From positions 9,114,001 through 9,178,000 of the forward strand of contig CM120649.1 in the NCBI GenBank assembly GCA_051362555.1: a DNA stretch of 64,000 bases. Reading direction: 5' to 3'. Below the pieces are notes generated by a model that ran no database searches, was not told where the DNA came from, and was given only the letters and a program-made list of their open reading frames with translations. Position 1 is the first letter of the stretch, and the number at the start of each line of letters is the position of its first letter. A program made the position numbers and the translations under genes. This document shows positions 14,118 to 26,300 of the stretch, piece after piece. The stretch is from Lingula anatina. Its lineage: Eukaryota > Animalia > Brachiopoda.

Positions 14118-15747
14118 TACTGACTGTAAGCTGGGTTTTGGTATCCGATTTGATACATTAGACTAACGACTTTCAGCGTTATCGTGATATCACTAAAGTA
14201 AATCAGCTGTCAACCAGCGTTTGTCCTTTGTTTATACCCTTAACAACCGGCATTGTGAAATATCTGCACGTTCCGTTCGTGTGAAATTGCTTTTTAAATA
14301 CGCATTTTACTGTTCAGTGATTCATTTCTAGAATGGCTTTCGGAAAGTCTTTCCGACTCTCTAAAGAATATTTGTGATCAATGTTATAACATAGAACAGC
14401 AGACACAGTATACATGTGAAAATTATTAGTTCACTGACCGATAGTTACCCTCATTTGACATAATCTATATCAATAAATCCTGTACTGTCATAGCATTTGT
14501 TGTGATATTTAGCAGAAAATACGGAGGCGTGACTGATGCATCCCAGCTCTTCTGGAAGTTGTGCGAGTATTTGGACAAATTAAATTTTCACGATCAAAAT
14601 CAATGTCGTCTCATTATTGGATTTTGTATGATACAAACATGCAGGAATCATGTCCTAGGCGAGTAAGTGCATGTGTGCGTGTGCATGCGTGCGAGCGCGC
14701 GCGCGCGCGCGCGTGTGTGTGTGATTGTTGCAGGGGCGCAATCAGAAACCAAGGTTTTGAGTTTGATATCATAATAACGCTTTGGCACCAACGTGGCCAA
14801 ATTATTTAGTAGACCTTTAAGGCTTAAGTGTCACAAATACATAGTCTGCATCATGTGTGGAAGGTTTCAGAATTAAGATATCATTATGAGCGAGGAATGA
14901 ACGAGGAATACATTAAAGCACAACTCCGTGCATTATGTTTTTGTGTTCAGTGAGTACGGTAACCAATTAGTTAAAAGCGAATGCATCTTGAAAATTGTAT
15001 TGTGTACAGTAAGCAATTCCTTCACAATGCAAACCTCAATGCAAACCCCAGGGAATCGATCTAATCTTGCAAAACAAATGATAACGGTATTGCTTGCACC
15101 AAGGTGATCGATATTGTTGACAAGCACAGAATTCCAAGCGTTTGTTTAAAGCCAGACAAGTCCAAGAAATGTCGTCTAAGCCAGTTTAATCAAGTAAAAA
15201 TTGGCGGAAACATCCGTCTGTGATTTTGTTGTCTGCTTTAATTTTATTGTACTTTGGTGTCTGTTTTTAATGCAGCTATTATCAAGCAAAAGATGCATTA
15301 GTAATAGCATACATCGTACAAAATGACAATTAGCTGACAAAACTTATGCTTCCTATCCATTTGGATAACTGATTAAAGTGAATTCCACGCAGTTGACAGT
15401 CGAACGATCAATTAAAACGACATATAAGCGCTCTGAAATGTGAAATCTCTTATTTCACAAAGACCATTTGTATCTCCCCCTGAGCACTGATGTCCCATTG
15501 TGTCCTTTCACTCGGTCTGCATCCCATGAAATATTGAGTAGCTGATGTATGGGTTGTGGCCTCTAAGTGCTATTCCAATTTCACTGTGTATAACTACGTG
15601 TAGTGATCTGTTAAGCTGAACCGGTCTTACGTAAGTTCATTTGCTTTAATTGGTTAATGGAAAGCAGAGAGACGACTTAAACATACTAGAGGATAAATTA
15701 GACTGTCGACGAAACACTTCAAACATTAAACGCATCAACAGTAAAGC

Positions 15748-15968
15748 ATGGCAGTCCTTTTGAACGCAGTTTTCATATTTTTCTGTTCCCTTATTCCGTT
15801 GGCCTTCACAATGTCTGCCAGCAAAGTAGCAACTTTCAAGATGTTCAGAGATTACGAGTTATCGGATGGCGGCTCTTTAACAGCAGTCACACACAGTGGG
15901 CGGCACATGACGCTTGTGACCTGTAGTGGGGAATGCCTCGGGTAAGGGAATATACCTATCAAATGGTT

Positions 15969-16015
<47 letters not shown>

Positions 16016-17389
16016 TAATTGTGAATTTTAGATGATTCTGTACAACATTGCACATCGTCATATTTAATAGCAAACATTGCATATTCACGCTTTTCAGTTT
16101 TTATAAAACAAGATAAATTCAAGAGATCGAAAACGATTTAAGTCGCTTCTGCATTACAATATAAATTATATATAAGTTGGTATCAACAAAAAAGGAAAAA
16201 ACATCTAGAAAAGAATGGAAACAGTCAAAACTAAATGAGCATAATTCTGATTAACAACAAATAACATTGATGTATTAAGGAAGAAAATATATCCAAAATA
16301 TTATACATACACACAAAAATATACACAAATATACACACAAAAATAAATACAATTTGAATTAAATTAATTTAAGAAAAGAAAAAAGTGGTACTGTTCAAGT
16401 ATTTTCATATTTGTCAAGTATGAATCTAGATACGGTAACAAAGATAATTTCATTCTATCAAATGGTTAAATATTTATGACCATGAAGAAGCAATGATAGC
16501 TGTTCTTTTTTTTGCTCTAAAACAAGCACCCAACTCTCGCTCTGTTAAGCGTTTTTTTTTCTTCTTTTTATTCTATAGAGCGTTGGTTGCATTCAGCGCT
16601 TTTCTGCATTCAGATTATTTTTAAGAATGCACTTAAAAGAGATTGGAAGTAGAGATGTAGTTGCGGTGGAGAAGTAATTGCAAGAAGACAAAGTAGTTTA
16701 CTGAATTGTGGAGATATTTTGATGGAAATTTAAAATCTCTTTTCATGGTTCCCCGTGTTGTTATTTTTGAATTGGAGAAAGATTTTCGAAACATAGGAGT
16801 AGGCCTTGTTCCCCATTGGCATGCATATTTTTGTCATAAATTGAAATCCAGTTAAAAGTTCACATGAAAAATCCTAATTCCAAAAATCCAAAAATCCATT
16901 GGCGGTATCTAGTGATCACGGTCTGTGCCCTGAATACGTTCAAAAGATATAAGCACTACAAGAGCTAGGTAAAGCTCCCAGGACAGTTATACCAGCTGCG
17001 TATTGCAGTGAAAAAACTTTCCATAGATCCCTGCTGAAAATTTGGAAATGTTTTAAATACATGTCACCTTTTGATAACTTTTGTCAGTTTATACAGTCAT
17101 ACTTAAGGTTTAAAAAATCAAGTCAAATTATTAGATTTTTGAATACGTGATTGATGTCATTTGTACAATTGCAAACAATTGCAAACCGCACTGTTTTGAA
17201 ATTTTGATATTCATTCTTAGCTAATCACACTAGCAAAATGCTTACCTTTCAAAGGTGCAAAACTATGCCATATTTGACAAATCTTCCTTTATTTCAGAAT
17301 ATTTCATGTGGAAGCATAACAATCTTAGTCTTGGCCCTTTTTTGATATGTAGTTTTATGTGTATGTACTCACTTCTCTGAGGTGGCAAA

Positions 17390-17425
<36 letters not shown>

Positions 17426-20400
17426 ATAAAATGCAGACATGCAAGGTCAACTGATGGGGGTTAATCACTGGTTCACCGTGTATTGCTTTTAGAGCCGGTT
17501 GGGACGTATGCAAGGCAGTGAACTTCCAAGAGGACCGACGATCATGCGTATTGCTGTCAGAGCAAAGGAGCGCCGCGAACACTGTTGTCCAGACTGCTGG
17601 TACTACGTATCTGGAGGCGAGCATTGGTAGGTCGAACATTAGCATTAAAAAAAAACATATGCGTGTACTTGCAAGGACTTTTGCGATCTGTGTAAAGGTA
17701 CAATCGCAAAATATTCTCTTGAAAAGCTAGCCAGGGTGATAAAAAACACAGTGTGTATATACAGGACGTATCGCACACTCCAATGTATCATATCCCATTA
17801 TGGATGACAGTGCATTAAGTGGTCAGTTCAGTCTAATATCGATCAGGAAACATTTAAACGAATCTAGTTTATAATTTATCATGATTGATGGCCAGTTTAA
17901 GTTAGCATCAGTTCAGGCCCAGGGAACAGACGAGCCAGTCCTCAAAATGAGAAATACATAATTATACTGAAGACAAAAGAACTGAAGATTTGTTCTTTTG
18001 TTTTTTTCATCCCGTCTGGGTCTTTTATCAACACTTCCAAGTCTTTTTGTTATATTGGAGGCTTTCTGGCTACCTGAGTTTTATTCTAAAATTGCATTGT
18101 CATACAATGTACATAGTCACTTAGGAAATATTTTACAATTACTATTTTTATCAACAATGAATTATTATATACACTTAAAAAATACATTTCCGTACTTTTA
18201 TGAGCATTAATACAGAGGAGATAGATGTACGTACTGTTCACCTGTTTATCTCTCTAAACCACCCAGCAAACACGTCACATTGGTACCACGTGGTTAATCC
18301 GTTGCTATAACGTTATAACGTGGTAGCAACGTGCTGACCACGTGATCCGAACTTGACGAGTTTACTGGGAAAAATTGCGACAGATAGATCATTACTTTTA
18401 TAGAAATCGTGTGGTATTATTTTCACAGCACCACAGTCGTGTCTAGACTGGAATCGCGTGTACGGCAGCACAGTCAGTGGCAGTCACGTGATCGACCCAG
18501 ACGGCCCGTACACCGGTCTGGACCCCTTCCCAGTCTACTGCGACTTCCAAGAGAATCCACCTGTTGCCAAAATATACCATAACAAGGCCTCGGTCACCGT
18601 AGACGGGTATGAGCCAAATGCCTCCTTCCAGACTGACGTTGTTTACGGTGAGAGACTTTTAAAACTCTTTGCGTAATATCAGATATTTTCATTTATTCTT
18701 ATCTACAAGCATTTAAAAAGGTATCTAGATATTTAAAACGTATCATATCAAAGTAAAAAAACGCCTTTGTATTAAAACATGATAAAACAAATTCAAATTT
18801 GATGCAAAAATACCTTAGCTAATATCAAATTATTTGGTTTTCCTTCTAATTTTCTTATTTCTCAGAGTTGTCCATGGCACAGATGCTCAGTGTTATTAAC
18901 GCATCAACGAGCTGTAAACAGTATTTGAAAGTGAGGTGTATTGGGACGTACTTTTTTGGGTCGCTAACAGAGGCAGGGCACAACATCTACTGGAGTTCTC
19001 GCGATGGTGAGAGGATGCTCTACTGGGGCGGAGGAAATCCGAACGGATGGGGCTGCGCATGCGCTCTTGATAATACCTGTGTTTCCTCCAGTGAGTTTTG
19101 ATTGTTTTATTTCCAAGGATAGCAGTGTTTTGCTAAATAATATTTTTCGATAGTTTTTATAACAGCATAAAATGTGGAATGTTACCGCTGCTTTCAAGCA
19201 TGTGTGCGTACCCTAGTCTCGGGTTGATAGGGCTATAGCCGAATATTACCTCAGAGTCTAGCTGTACCGCCTATCTCTGGTGCTTGATGAAACTGTACAT
19301 GTAGATAAGAGAGTTAAAAGGTTTACCCAAAAGACGACTTTATGCAGCAACTTAAACAGTGGTTCGTTTCTAAGTTCAAATTACGATTTAGATACTACAG
19401 ACTTGACATTTAATATGGAATATTTCAGTTTTGAAGGTATGCCTAGGTAAAAATGCGTTCTTTTTTCAAAAAACTCCGATCCCATATAAGATATGTTAAT
19501 GGAGAAGTGTGTAGTCAGGTGTGTCGCTACCAATTAACTGACTTTCATGTATGTAGCGCAGCTACATTATGTAATATGCAGTGATTTAATTGGGTAGTGT
19601 CCCTTTGGGCTGGTCAAAGCTTGGCTTAGGATAAGCTTGGTTCTGTCAAAAAAGTATCCATATGTCGGCAACTACTGCATAGAAGAATTTGAAATTTTGC
19701 ATGCAAGCGGTCAGTTTTGCAGTGCGTAAAATGAGCTAAGTAGTGCATTACAAATTTGTTAATCTGTGGCAGAATGGCCTTAGCGAACACACCAAACTGG
19801 TTTTAGCAGGTTAGAATGCCAAACGACCTCCGAGGCACCCACTGTAAACAGCAAAACATCGTGGTCTGTTTATCTACTGAATTGGGGGCCATGACCGTTT
19901 CTGGGTAGAACACTGAAACCGCGTGGCTTTCTTTATTGAGGTCAGATTTCACCTGTACCGCCCAATTAGACAAAACACAGTTTACAGACATCCAGAAAGG
20001 GCCTACGACGAAGCATGTGCCGGGTCTAAAGTGACAAGGGTCATTGACAGCGTCAGTATTTGGAGTGGATAACACATTGGTGCCAAAACACCAATGGTAG
20101 TCAACGACGAAAACCTGAACCAGATCAAATAAAGGAAGGGAACCAAGGGAATGAGCAGCTACGCTGGTCATCAAAATCACCACATTTGAACCACATAGAC
20201 AATATGTGGGTAGGCCATTACTCGCCGAATCAACTGCCTACATGCCCTACAACAAAACTGGACCAAATTGGACAATTTTTGACCGACGACTGGAATATTA
20301 TTCCAGACTGAACCCTAAAAACCTACCCCAAGGAATGCCTTGCCGCTTGAGAGCGCTGGTAACGGTCAGAAGAGGCCAGGTGTAACAGCGACCCTTACTG

Positions 20401-22377
20401 TGACTAAAAACTGACATGGGGGTCTTTTGTGGAGCGTGTAACTCTTTTACAGACGATCATTTGGAAAATATGGAGATCCAAAATATCTCTTTTAATGGAT
20501 GTCGTATGACATAGAATAGGCAATGTATTTCTGTTTGCTTCACTGTCGTTTCCAATCAATGAACTGATGTCACCATGACATCAAAGATATAATTTAAAAG
20601 TATTAAAACACTATTTTAATCCTTATTTTCATTTATCAGTCAGCAAAATAGGAAAAAACTGACGAAAGTATCTCGGAAAAAATATTCCATATTAAATGTC
20701 AAGTCCGTATGATAGCCAATTAAGCGCTGGGAACCGCAATTTTTTTTTTTTTTTTTTTTTTTTTTGCAGAATGTTGCTTTTTTATACATAGGAGGAAATA
20801 CAAATATAAAAAGTCGCGGGACCCATTTTAGAAAATTATTGTTATTGTACCTGTACTGTGAAACCCACACATTAATTACTTTCAGTGTGTTCGGCAGATT
20901 AACGAGAGTACAGGACTTTCGCATAGGTATTAATGAGCCGTAAGAATAACTACGTTCTTTTATCGCCCTATTCTGTCGTTGATTTCCTCTTTTGTTTTCC
21001 TCTCTGAATGATAATGTAATACATGTAGAGGTGCAAAACATCTCTTCTGTCAACGTTGAAGTCCTGATAGTGTCAATGATCAATGCTGCACATCCTACGT
21101 CATATTAAAAATGGTTAACTCGAGTAAGAAAAATGTAATTTATTCTTCTGTTGAAAAGGCATATTAGTTTGTATGTTCGGAAAGGATTATTTCTGTTTAC
21201 TAAATGAGCTGCAGTTGGCTGTGCCATAAAATATAGGCGAAATTTCAACGAACACAGAGATGTAGCCTACCAGTATGCTATTCCTGACACATGGGCTCTT
21301 CTTGCCTGTCAACCAGGCAGAGCAGCTATTTATGACGTCACGGGCAAGGGCTTTATAGTAGCTTGGACATAGTACCAATTTTGGCCATGATAGTAGTTTG
21401 GTTCAAACTGTCTGGAGTGTTAATAGCAGCATCTCGCTTACTCGCTTTTTACAAGTATTTTTTCCCTTAATATGCCACCTAGAATTGTGATGAGCAGATA
21501 TTTTTATAAGATCCGGGACCGCCCTTTTTCTGGAAAAATAGTCGATCTACCGGTAGGTATACGAGAGTTTAAGTAAGAGGTCCACTTTGTCAGAAAAAGA
21601 ATCCCCCTCCCTTGGTCACTACGGGCCTGTGACAAAGTATCCGTTTTGTGGCCTTTTACTGTGTTGTTGTTCGTCGCACTTCCAACTTATCATTTCCTGT
21701 AGGATTACATGGTATTTCTAGTCACCAGGGTCCCTACAGCGGTCAGGGGGACTTAAGTGCAAATCAATTAGGGATCATTCCCAGTCCCTATCGTACTAAC
21801 TGTGGATTGATCTATCTCCATGGTGATTCTCGCTAAATTGCAATCAACTTAAGCGGCTTAGATGTCTGTCGCGCCTACTAAAGCTTCTAGAGGGTAATTA
21901 ATTATCGTTTAGCAGCTTCAGTAGGAGCGCCAGACATTTAAGCAGCTTAAGCTGATACCAATTTAGGGAAAAACCCCTTGGAGATAGATCGATCCTGTTA
22001 GTTCGATCTAAGTATGGGAACCCAGTCTTATACAACAGGAACAAAACTTAATGCTTCATCAAAAGCTTTGATGTTGGCTGGAATCTAAAGTATTAATTAA
22101 CACAGCGCTCTGAAATATGGTAAGAAAGAATATAGCTTTAATTTATATATAAACAGGGCCATCAAAGCATGCACGGCAGATGACAGAGTAATATAGATGT
22201 TTCTTTATAGATCTGGGGCTTTGCAACTGTAACACTAACGACGGCAACTGGAGAGAGGACGAGGGCTACGTCACCGACACATCCAAGCTGCCCGTGTCTC
22301 AGCTTCACGGAGGAGATACCGGAAGTTCCGGTGAGGAAATCCATTTCACTGTCGGCCCCCTCGAATGTGTTCTCTAG
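15748..22377 (+). CDS. Secreted PAN/apple-domain plus contactin-associated-protein (Caspr/neurexin-IV)-type fibrinogen-like domain protein, 312 aa
   Basis: Exons 15748-15941, 17493-17626, 18429-18647, 18866-19090, 22211-22377. All introns are GT-AG, phases match, and the joined CDS is 939 nt and open. It has a hydrophobic signal peptide (MAVLLNAVFIFFCSLIPLAFT), the PAN motif CSGECL..CKAVNF....SCVLLSE, and Caspr-like motifs SCLDW..SG..IDPDG...FPVYC, CKQYLKVRC, W.SRDG..M.YWGG, CACALDNTC and CNCNTNDGNWREDEGYVTD..KLPVSQLHGGDTG...VGPLEC. Confidence 0.9.
16858..16937 (+). mobile_element. Fragment of the left arm of the 612-820 MITE family
   Basis: ttcacatgaaaaatc...gcggtatctagtgatcacggtctgtgccctgaatac matches 619-681. 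Confidence 0.6.
18262..18369. mobile_element. Small MITE (cccagcaaac ... gtttactggg)
   Basis: Short TIR and internally palindromic acgt-rich repeats. Lies in intron 2 of the PAN/Caspr-like gene. Confidence 0.55.
19398..20707 (+). mobile_element. Defective Tc1-family transposon in intron 4 of the PAN/Caspr-like gene
   Basis: TIR cagacttgacatttaatatggaatattt / aaatattccatattaaatgtcaagtccg with TA on both sides. Broken transposase motifs WSSKSPHLNHIDNMW (WPxxSPDLNPIENxW) and MPCRLRALVTVRRG. Confidence 0.85.
21771..22027. mobile_element. Hairpin MITE (Harbinger-like, TTA TSD), family H copy 1
   Basis: Near-complete fold-back centred on ggtaattaattatc, with TTA on both flanks. Related copies at 49247, 50003, 50305 and 54308. 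Confidence 0.8.
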
Positions 22378-22769
22378 AGTTCACGCTAGATTTGTTGCTC
22401 AATCTTCAGGGGACCACATTATATGCTGTGAACGTCTCGCGTTTTGTTACCACTTTTTTCGTTAGTTAGATGCAACGGACTGCTTGAACTGGACCGGATA
22501 CAGTATAATTTTAGTGAAAATATAGAATATGCCACAAAGAATGTTACTTTTTTTATATACATAGGAGGAAAGACAAATATAAAAAGTAGCGGGACCCATT
22601 TTGGAACAATTTTGACACTTTTTCTATTCTTGCTTAGAAGTGGGTTGCTAAATAAATGTGAAATTTGTCACACATCAAGAAAATACATAACCGTATATGA
22701 TAACACATAGGCAGCCATTTGTAGAATGTAATACAAGCGCCTCACGCACGATGTATTAGTAGTTACTCT

Positions 22770-22916
22770 GGCCCCGTATCTCGAAAGCATCGCGCATTGC
22801 GACCGTGCGCAAGAGTCTCGATTCCATAACTCGCCCATACTCGTCCCATATAATACATTGTAGCCTCTATTTGATATAGCTATTCGCAATACGCGATGCT
22901 TTCGAGATACGGGGCC
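22770..22916. mobile_element. MITE with about 30-bp TIR, CTG-flanked (Harbinger CWG type)
   Basis: ggccccgtatctcgaaagcatcgcgcattgcga / tcgcaatacgcgatgctttcgagatacggggcc. Confidence 0.75.
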
Positions 22917-23022
22917 CTGGACACCTGGACACTCGCGCAGTACCCGTTTTGGACACTTGAATTTAAATTCTTGTATCGTTAAAATGATCGCAGCTGTAGG
23001 GCATTAAATTCAGCCACGTGAA

Positions 23023-23058
<36 letters not shown>

Positions 23059-23190
23059 TACAGTACTAATTTCATGTTAAAAAGATTTTGCTAACCATCT
23101 TCAAAAATTTATGAATTACCCATTTACAATGTATCTGTGTCGCGCAAAACTGCCCCACGTCGGGCGCCTGCGAGCACTGCATAGTTTCCG

Positions 23191-23320
23191 AGTCAACCCT
23201 GACTTATTATAAGAACTGATTTTAATCAAAAGCTTTGAATATGGCTGGAGTCCCGAAAAAATAGTGCTACGTTTAGTCAACCCGGGCTTATTATAAGAAC
23301 TGATTTCAATCCTAAAAGCC
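23191..23320. repeat. Short direct duplication (about 43 bp x2)
   Basis: agtcaacc(ctga/cggg)cttattataagaactgattt.aatc at 23191 and 23276. Confidence 0.7.
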
Positions 23321-26300
23321 AACAAAAATTACTCTGATATACATTTTTTACTAAGAGACTCAGGAAAATCCACATTTCATTCTTCACGATAATCTTCTTA
23401 TCATTTAAAAATGGTATGCACGGCGTAAAATTCCAAAACAGTTGCAATGAACATGACGGCATAAAAACAAATAAGGCAATTATGTGCATATTTTAATTTT
23501 CGCCGACTTATGTAAACATGTACCGTACCATCCAAAATCTTACTTTCCTAGTGAACTGTGACATACTGGGTTTGTTTAGTGTTAAACAATACTGTAAAAG
23601 AATTCGCTCGTTTCGAAAATAATACAAACATTTTGCTGTCGTAAAATTTGTTTTGGTGGAAATATAAATCAAAAGCGACACAATTTAGTCGGAAGCAACC
23701 TGGTATAAAGTAAGTGACAGTTGACCCGAAAAATGATTTTCTTTCTGAGCTCTTTCGAAAGGGACCGGACAAAAACGCAATTGTCATGTCGCTCCATTTT
23801 CGTTTTCACAACGATCATTATATGGAGTTTTAAAGGTACATACAAACCGAGCATCGGTGGAGGCTGGATTCCCAGTAACACATGTAAACCACTTCTACTA
23901 GATTCTTATATGACTCAAATAAATTCGACATGCCAAGGGATAAACTGAATAGATCACTCGATCAGCCATAAAAGACCTTTAGAGTGCTCCTTTTTTTTTA
24001 ATTTCTGGTTGTAAATTTAACCTACTTTCGTGACCTACTTTCCTGTCCCATTGACATACAGCTTAGAATGCCAGCAGAAAAATCCGTTCAAACATCATTT
24101 TCGGGTAAAATTAAACAATGCCTTTTGGTAATTATCTTAGTTATACTACTTGAAACTATATGCTGGCATTTGGTTGGTTTTTGTGACAAAAAATTGACTT
24201 TGTATGCATCTTTAATGCCAAAAACTGTGCTTGTGTGACAGAAAAGAGTTCCTACATGAAATGTACACTTGATTTCATGAAATAAATTTAGCATTGGAAA
24301 AACAACGGGAAATACGTACGAAGTGTCCAACATGGGTTTTGCAATGTTAGATAATTTTGTTGTGAGCCAGACTGCGCAACTTCACAAAAGAGACTCCTGG
24401 GTTATATTGTTTCAGCATACCACGGGTCTGCTGGTATATTTATATTCCACAAAATGTCCAATTGCAAGTGATTTCAAGTTAATGGAGACTCTGTGCGCAT
24501 ACTAGTTTTATTTGAAATTGCGAGAACAAGTGGATACTGAGCCAACCTTTGAGCCTTCCGTCACAACACTACATGTAAGTTTTGACCGACATGTACATGT
24601 AGCTCACCAAATTTTATCAAAGATTGACAGTGATCAACGTTTTTTTTCATTCGTTTCTGTATATTATTTCTGTAGATTATTATAGGCTAAGATAACTCTA
24701 ATTTTCAAGACATCAAGTTTGATGAACACCCCACTCTTTCTGTAGCTGTAACACACAAGTCTGCTACATTATACCGGTAGCTATGATTATAGTGGATGCA
24801 ACGCAATCCTATGACTTACAAAAATATTGTAATATAACCATAATATATGTGTAAATCCTGGGCGTAATTCAGCCTACAGCTCTCACATTAAGGTACAACT
24901 TGGCAGTCTTAGTCTTAATGTTTCAAAAAGGTAATATTTTTTTTTCAATTTCACTTGGCCCTTCTGGGATTCCATAAATTATACATATCACACAGATATT
25001 CATGTTGTCTGTAGTGTCCTTATGTTGTGTGAGGGAATTAAACAAATCGCAGAGTTGGAATCTTTTTAAATAATTCAAGATTCTTGCTATATAACTAACA
25101 TTTTAAGTTAGTTTGCTATTAAATTTTTATTAATTAGAGTACACATAAATTAAAGATAACTAACTGTAGATTCTCTTTTTGTCAGATTCATGACTTTATC
25201 TCATCATTTGATAATCTGTTTAAAAGCCCATAACTCTGTATAAAATGCATGACCAACAAATATAACCACCCTACACCAACTCTGATATCACTATGAGTGA
25301 AAAGTGCGTGTATCAAAGTTAATTTTTCAATTTGAAAAAAAAATCGTTGAAACATCCCTGAAAAGATTTTGATCTAAAATTATATTCTAAAACATATGAT
25401 AAGTTTCATTAGAGGCGACCAATTTTTTTCCCTCCAGAAGGCACCGTAGTATGGTCTGGTTTGTCAAATACTAGCACAGGCTTCAAACAACTGCTCATGC
25501 GCGAAAAGTGCGCTGTTTGAAATAAACAAGTTGGTGAAATTGACAAAGCCTGCCGGTGTTTACCGTCTGGTTGATTTTATTTCATTTCCTCTCTGGTGTC
25601 TTTTTGAAAATTTATATTAGAAATGTTCTATTGATTTTATGTTGTAAAAAGTAAATCCGTCGGAATTCCTTAGAATAACATTTATTTTACCTTCATTTTA
25701 AGGGGATTCCCATTGTATTTATAGTGTTATATGTGGCCCCAATGGGGATTTTTCACCCCTCCCCCACTCTTGATTAATAAAATTCTTTATGGGCCAGATT
25801 GAAAATGAAGTTGCAAAATACATTAAAAATCGTAGGAAGGTTAATTGCAGATAATGCTGTAAGGATTTTCTTATCGTGGGGCGAACTCGGCCAATATAAA
25901 GTTTTTAACTTCGTCTTACGATTTTGGAGCGCCTGTTCTAATTTTTGAAAGCGAGGCAATGGAACCAAACAATACGGTGGAATTTGTAATCTCGTAAAAA
26001 TTGCTATTTTTAAATATAGACCATAGCATGGAGTACATTGAAATGCGATTCTTTTTTTATAATTATCTTAAATAATAATTAATTTAAAAGATACGATGTA
26101 ATAAGTTCTTATCGAGGGCCAATTTATTAGCTTTATTGATTTTTTAAAGTATTTGGAGATTAAAAACACAAAAGCTGACAGGTTTCAAATCGAGGCCCCA
26201 CATATTGTTCGTGTGCTTCAAATACTACAAAAACTGTTCTGATAAAAACAGACCGTATTCCATTTTGGGTGGGTGAGGGTCTGGGCTTTTTTTCTTCTGA

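Noticed and set aside
527-14809. Many 60-130 aa ORFs in the first 15 kb
   Set aside because: They lie in MITEs, Helentron repeats or low-complexity DNA, with no spliceable domain-like frame. The paired TRPTQLPDSAPKDPELTG ORFs are just the two arms of one inverted repeat.
15748-22377. Assigning the symbol CNTNAP2/Nrx-IV
   Set aside because: Only the fibrinogen-like module is shared. Discoidin, LamG, EGF and TM regions are absent.
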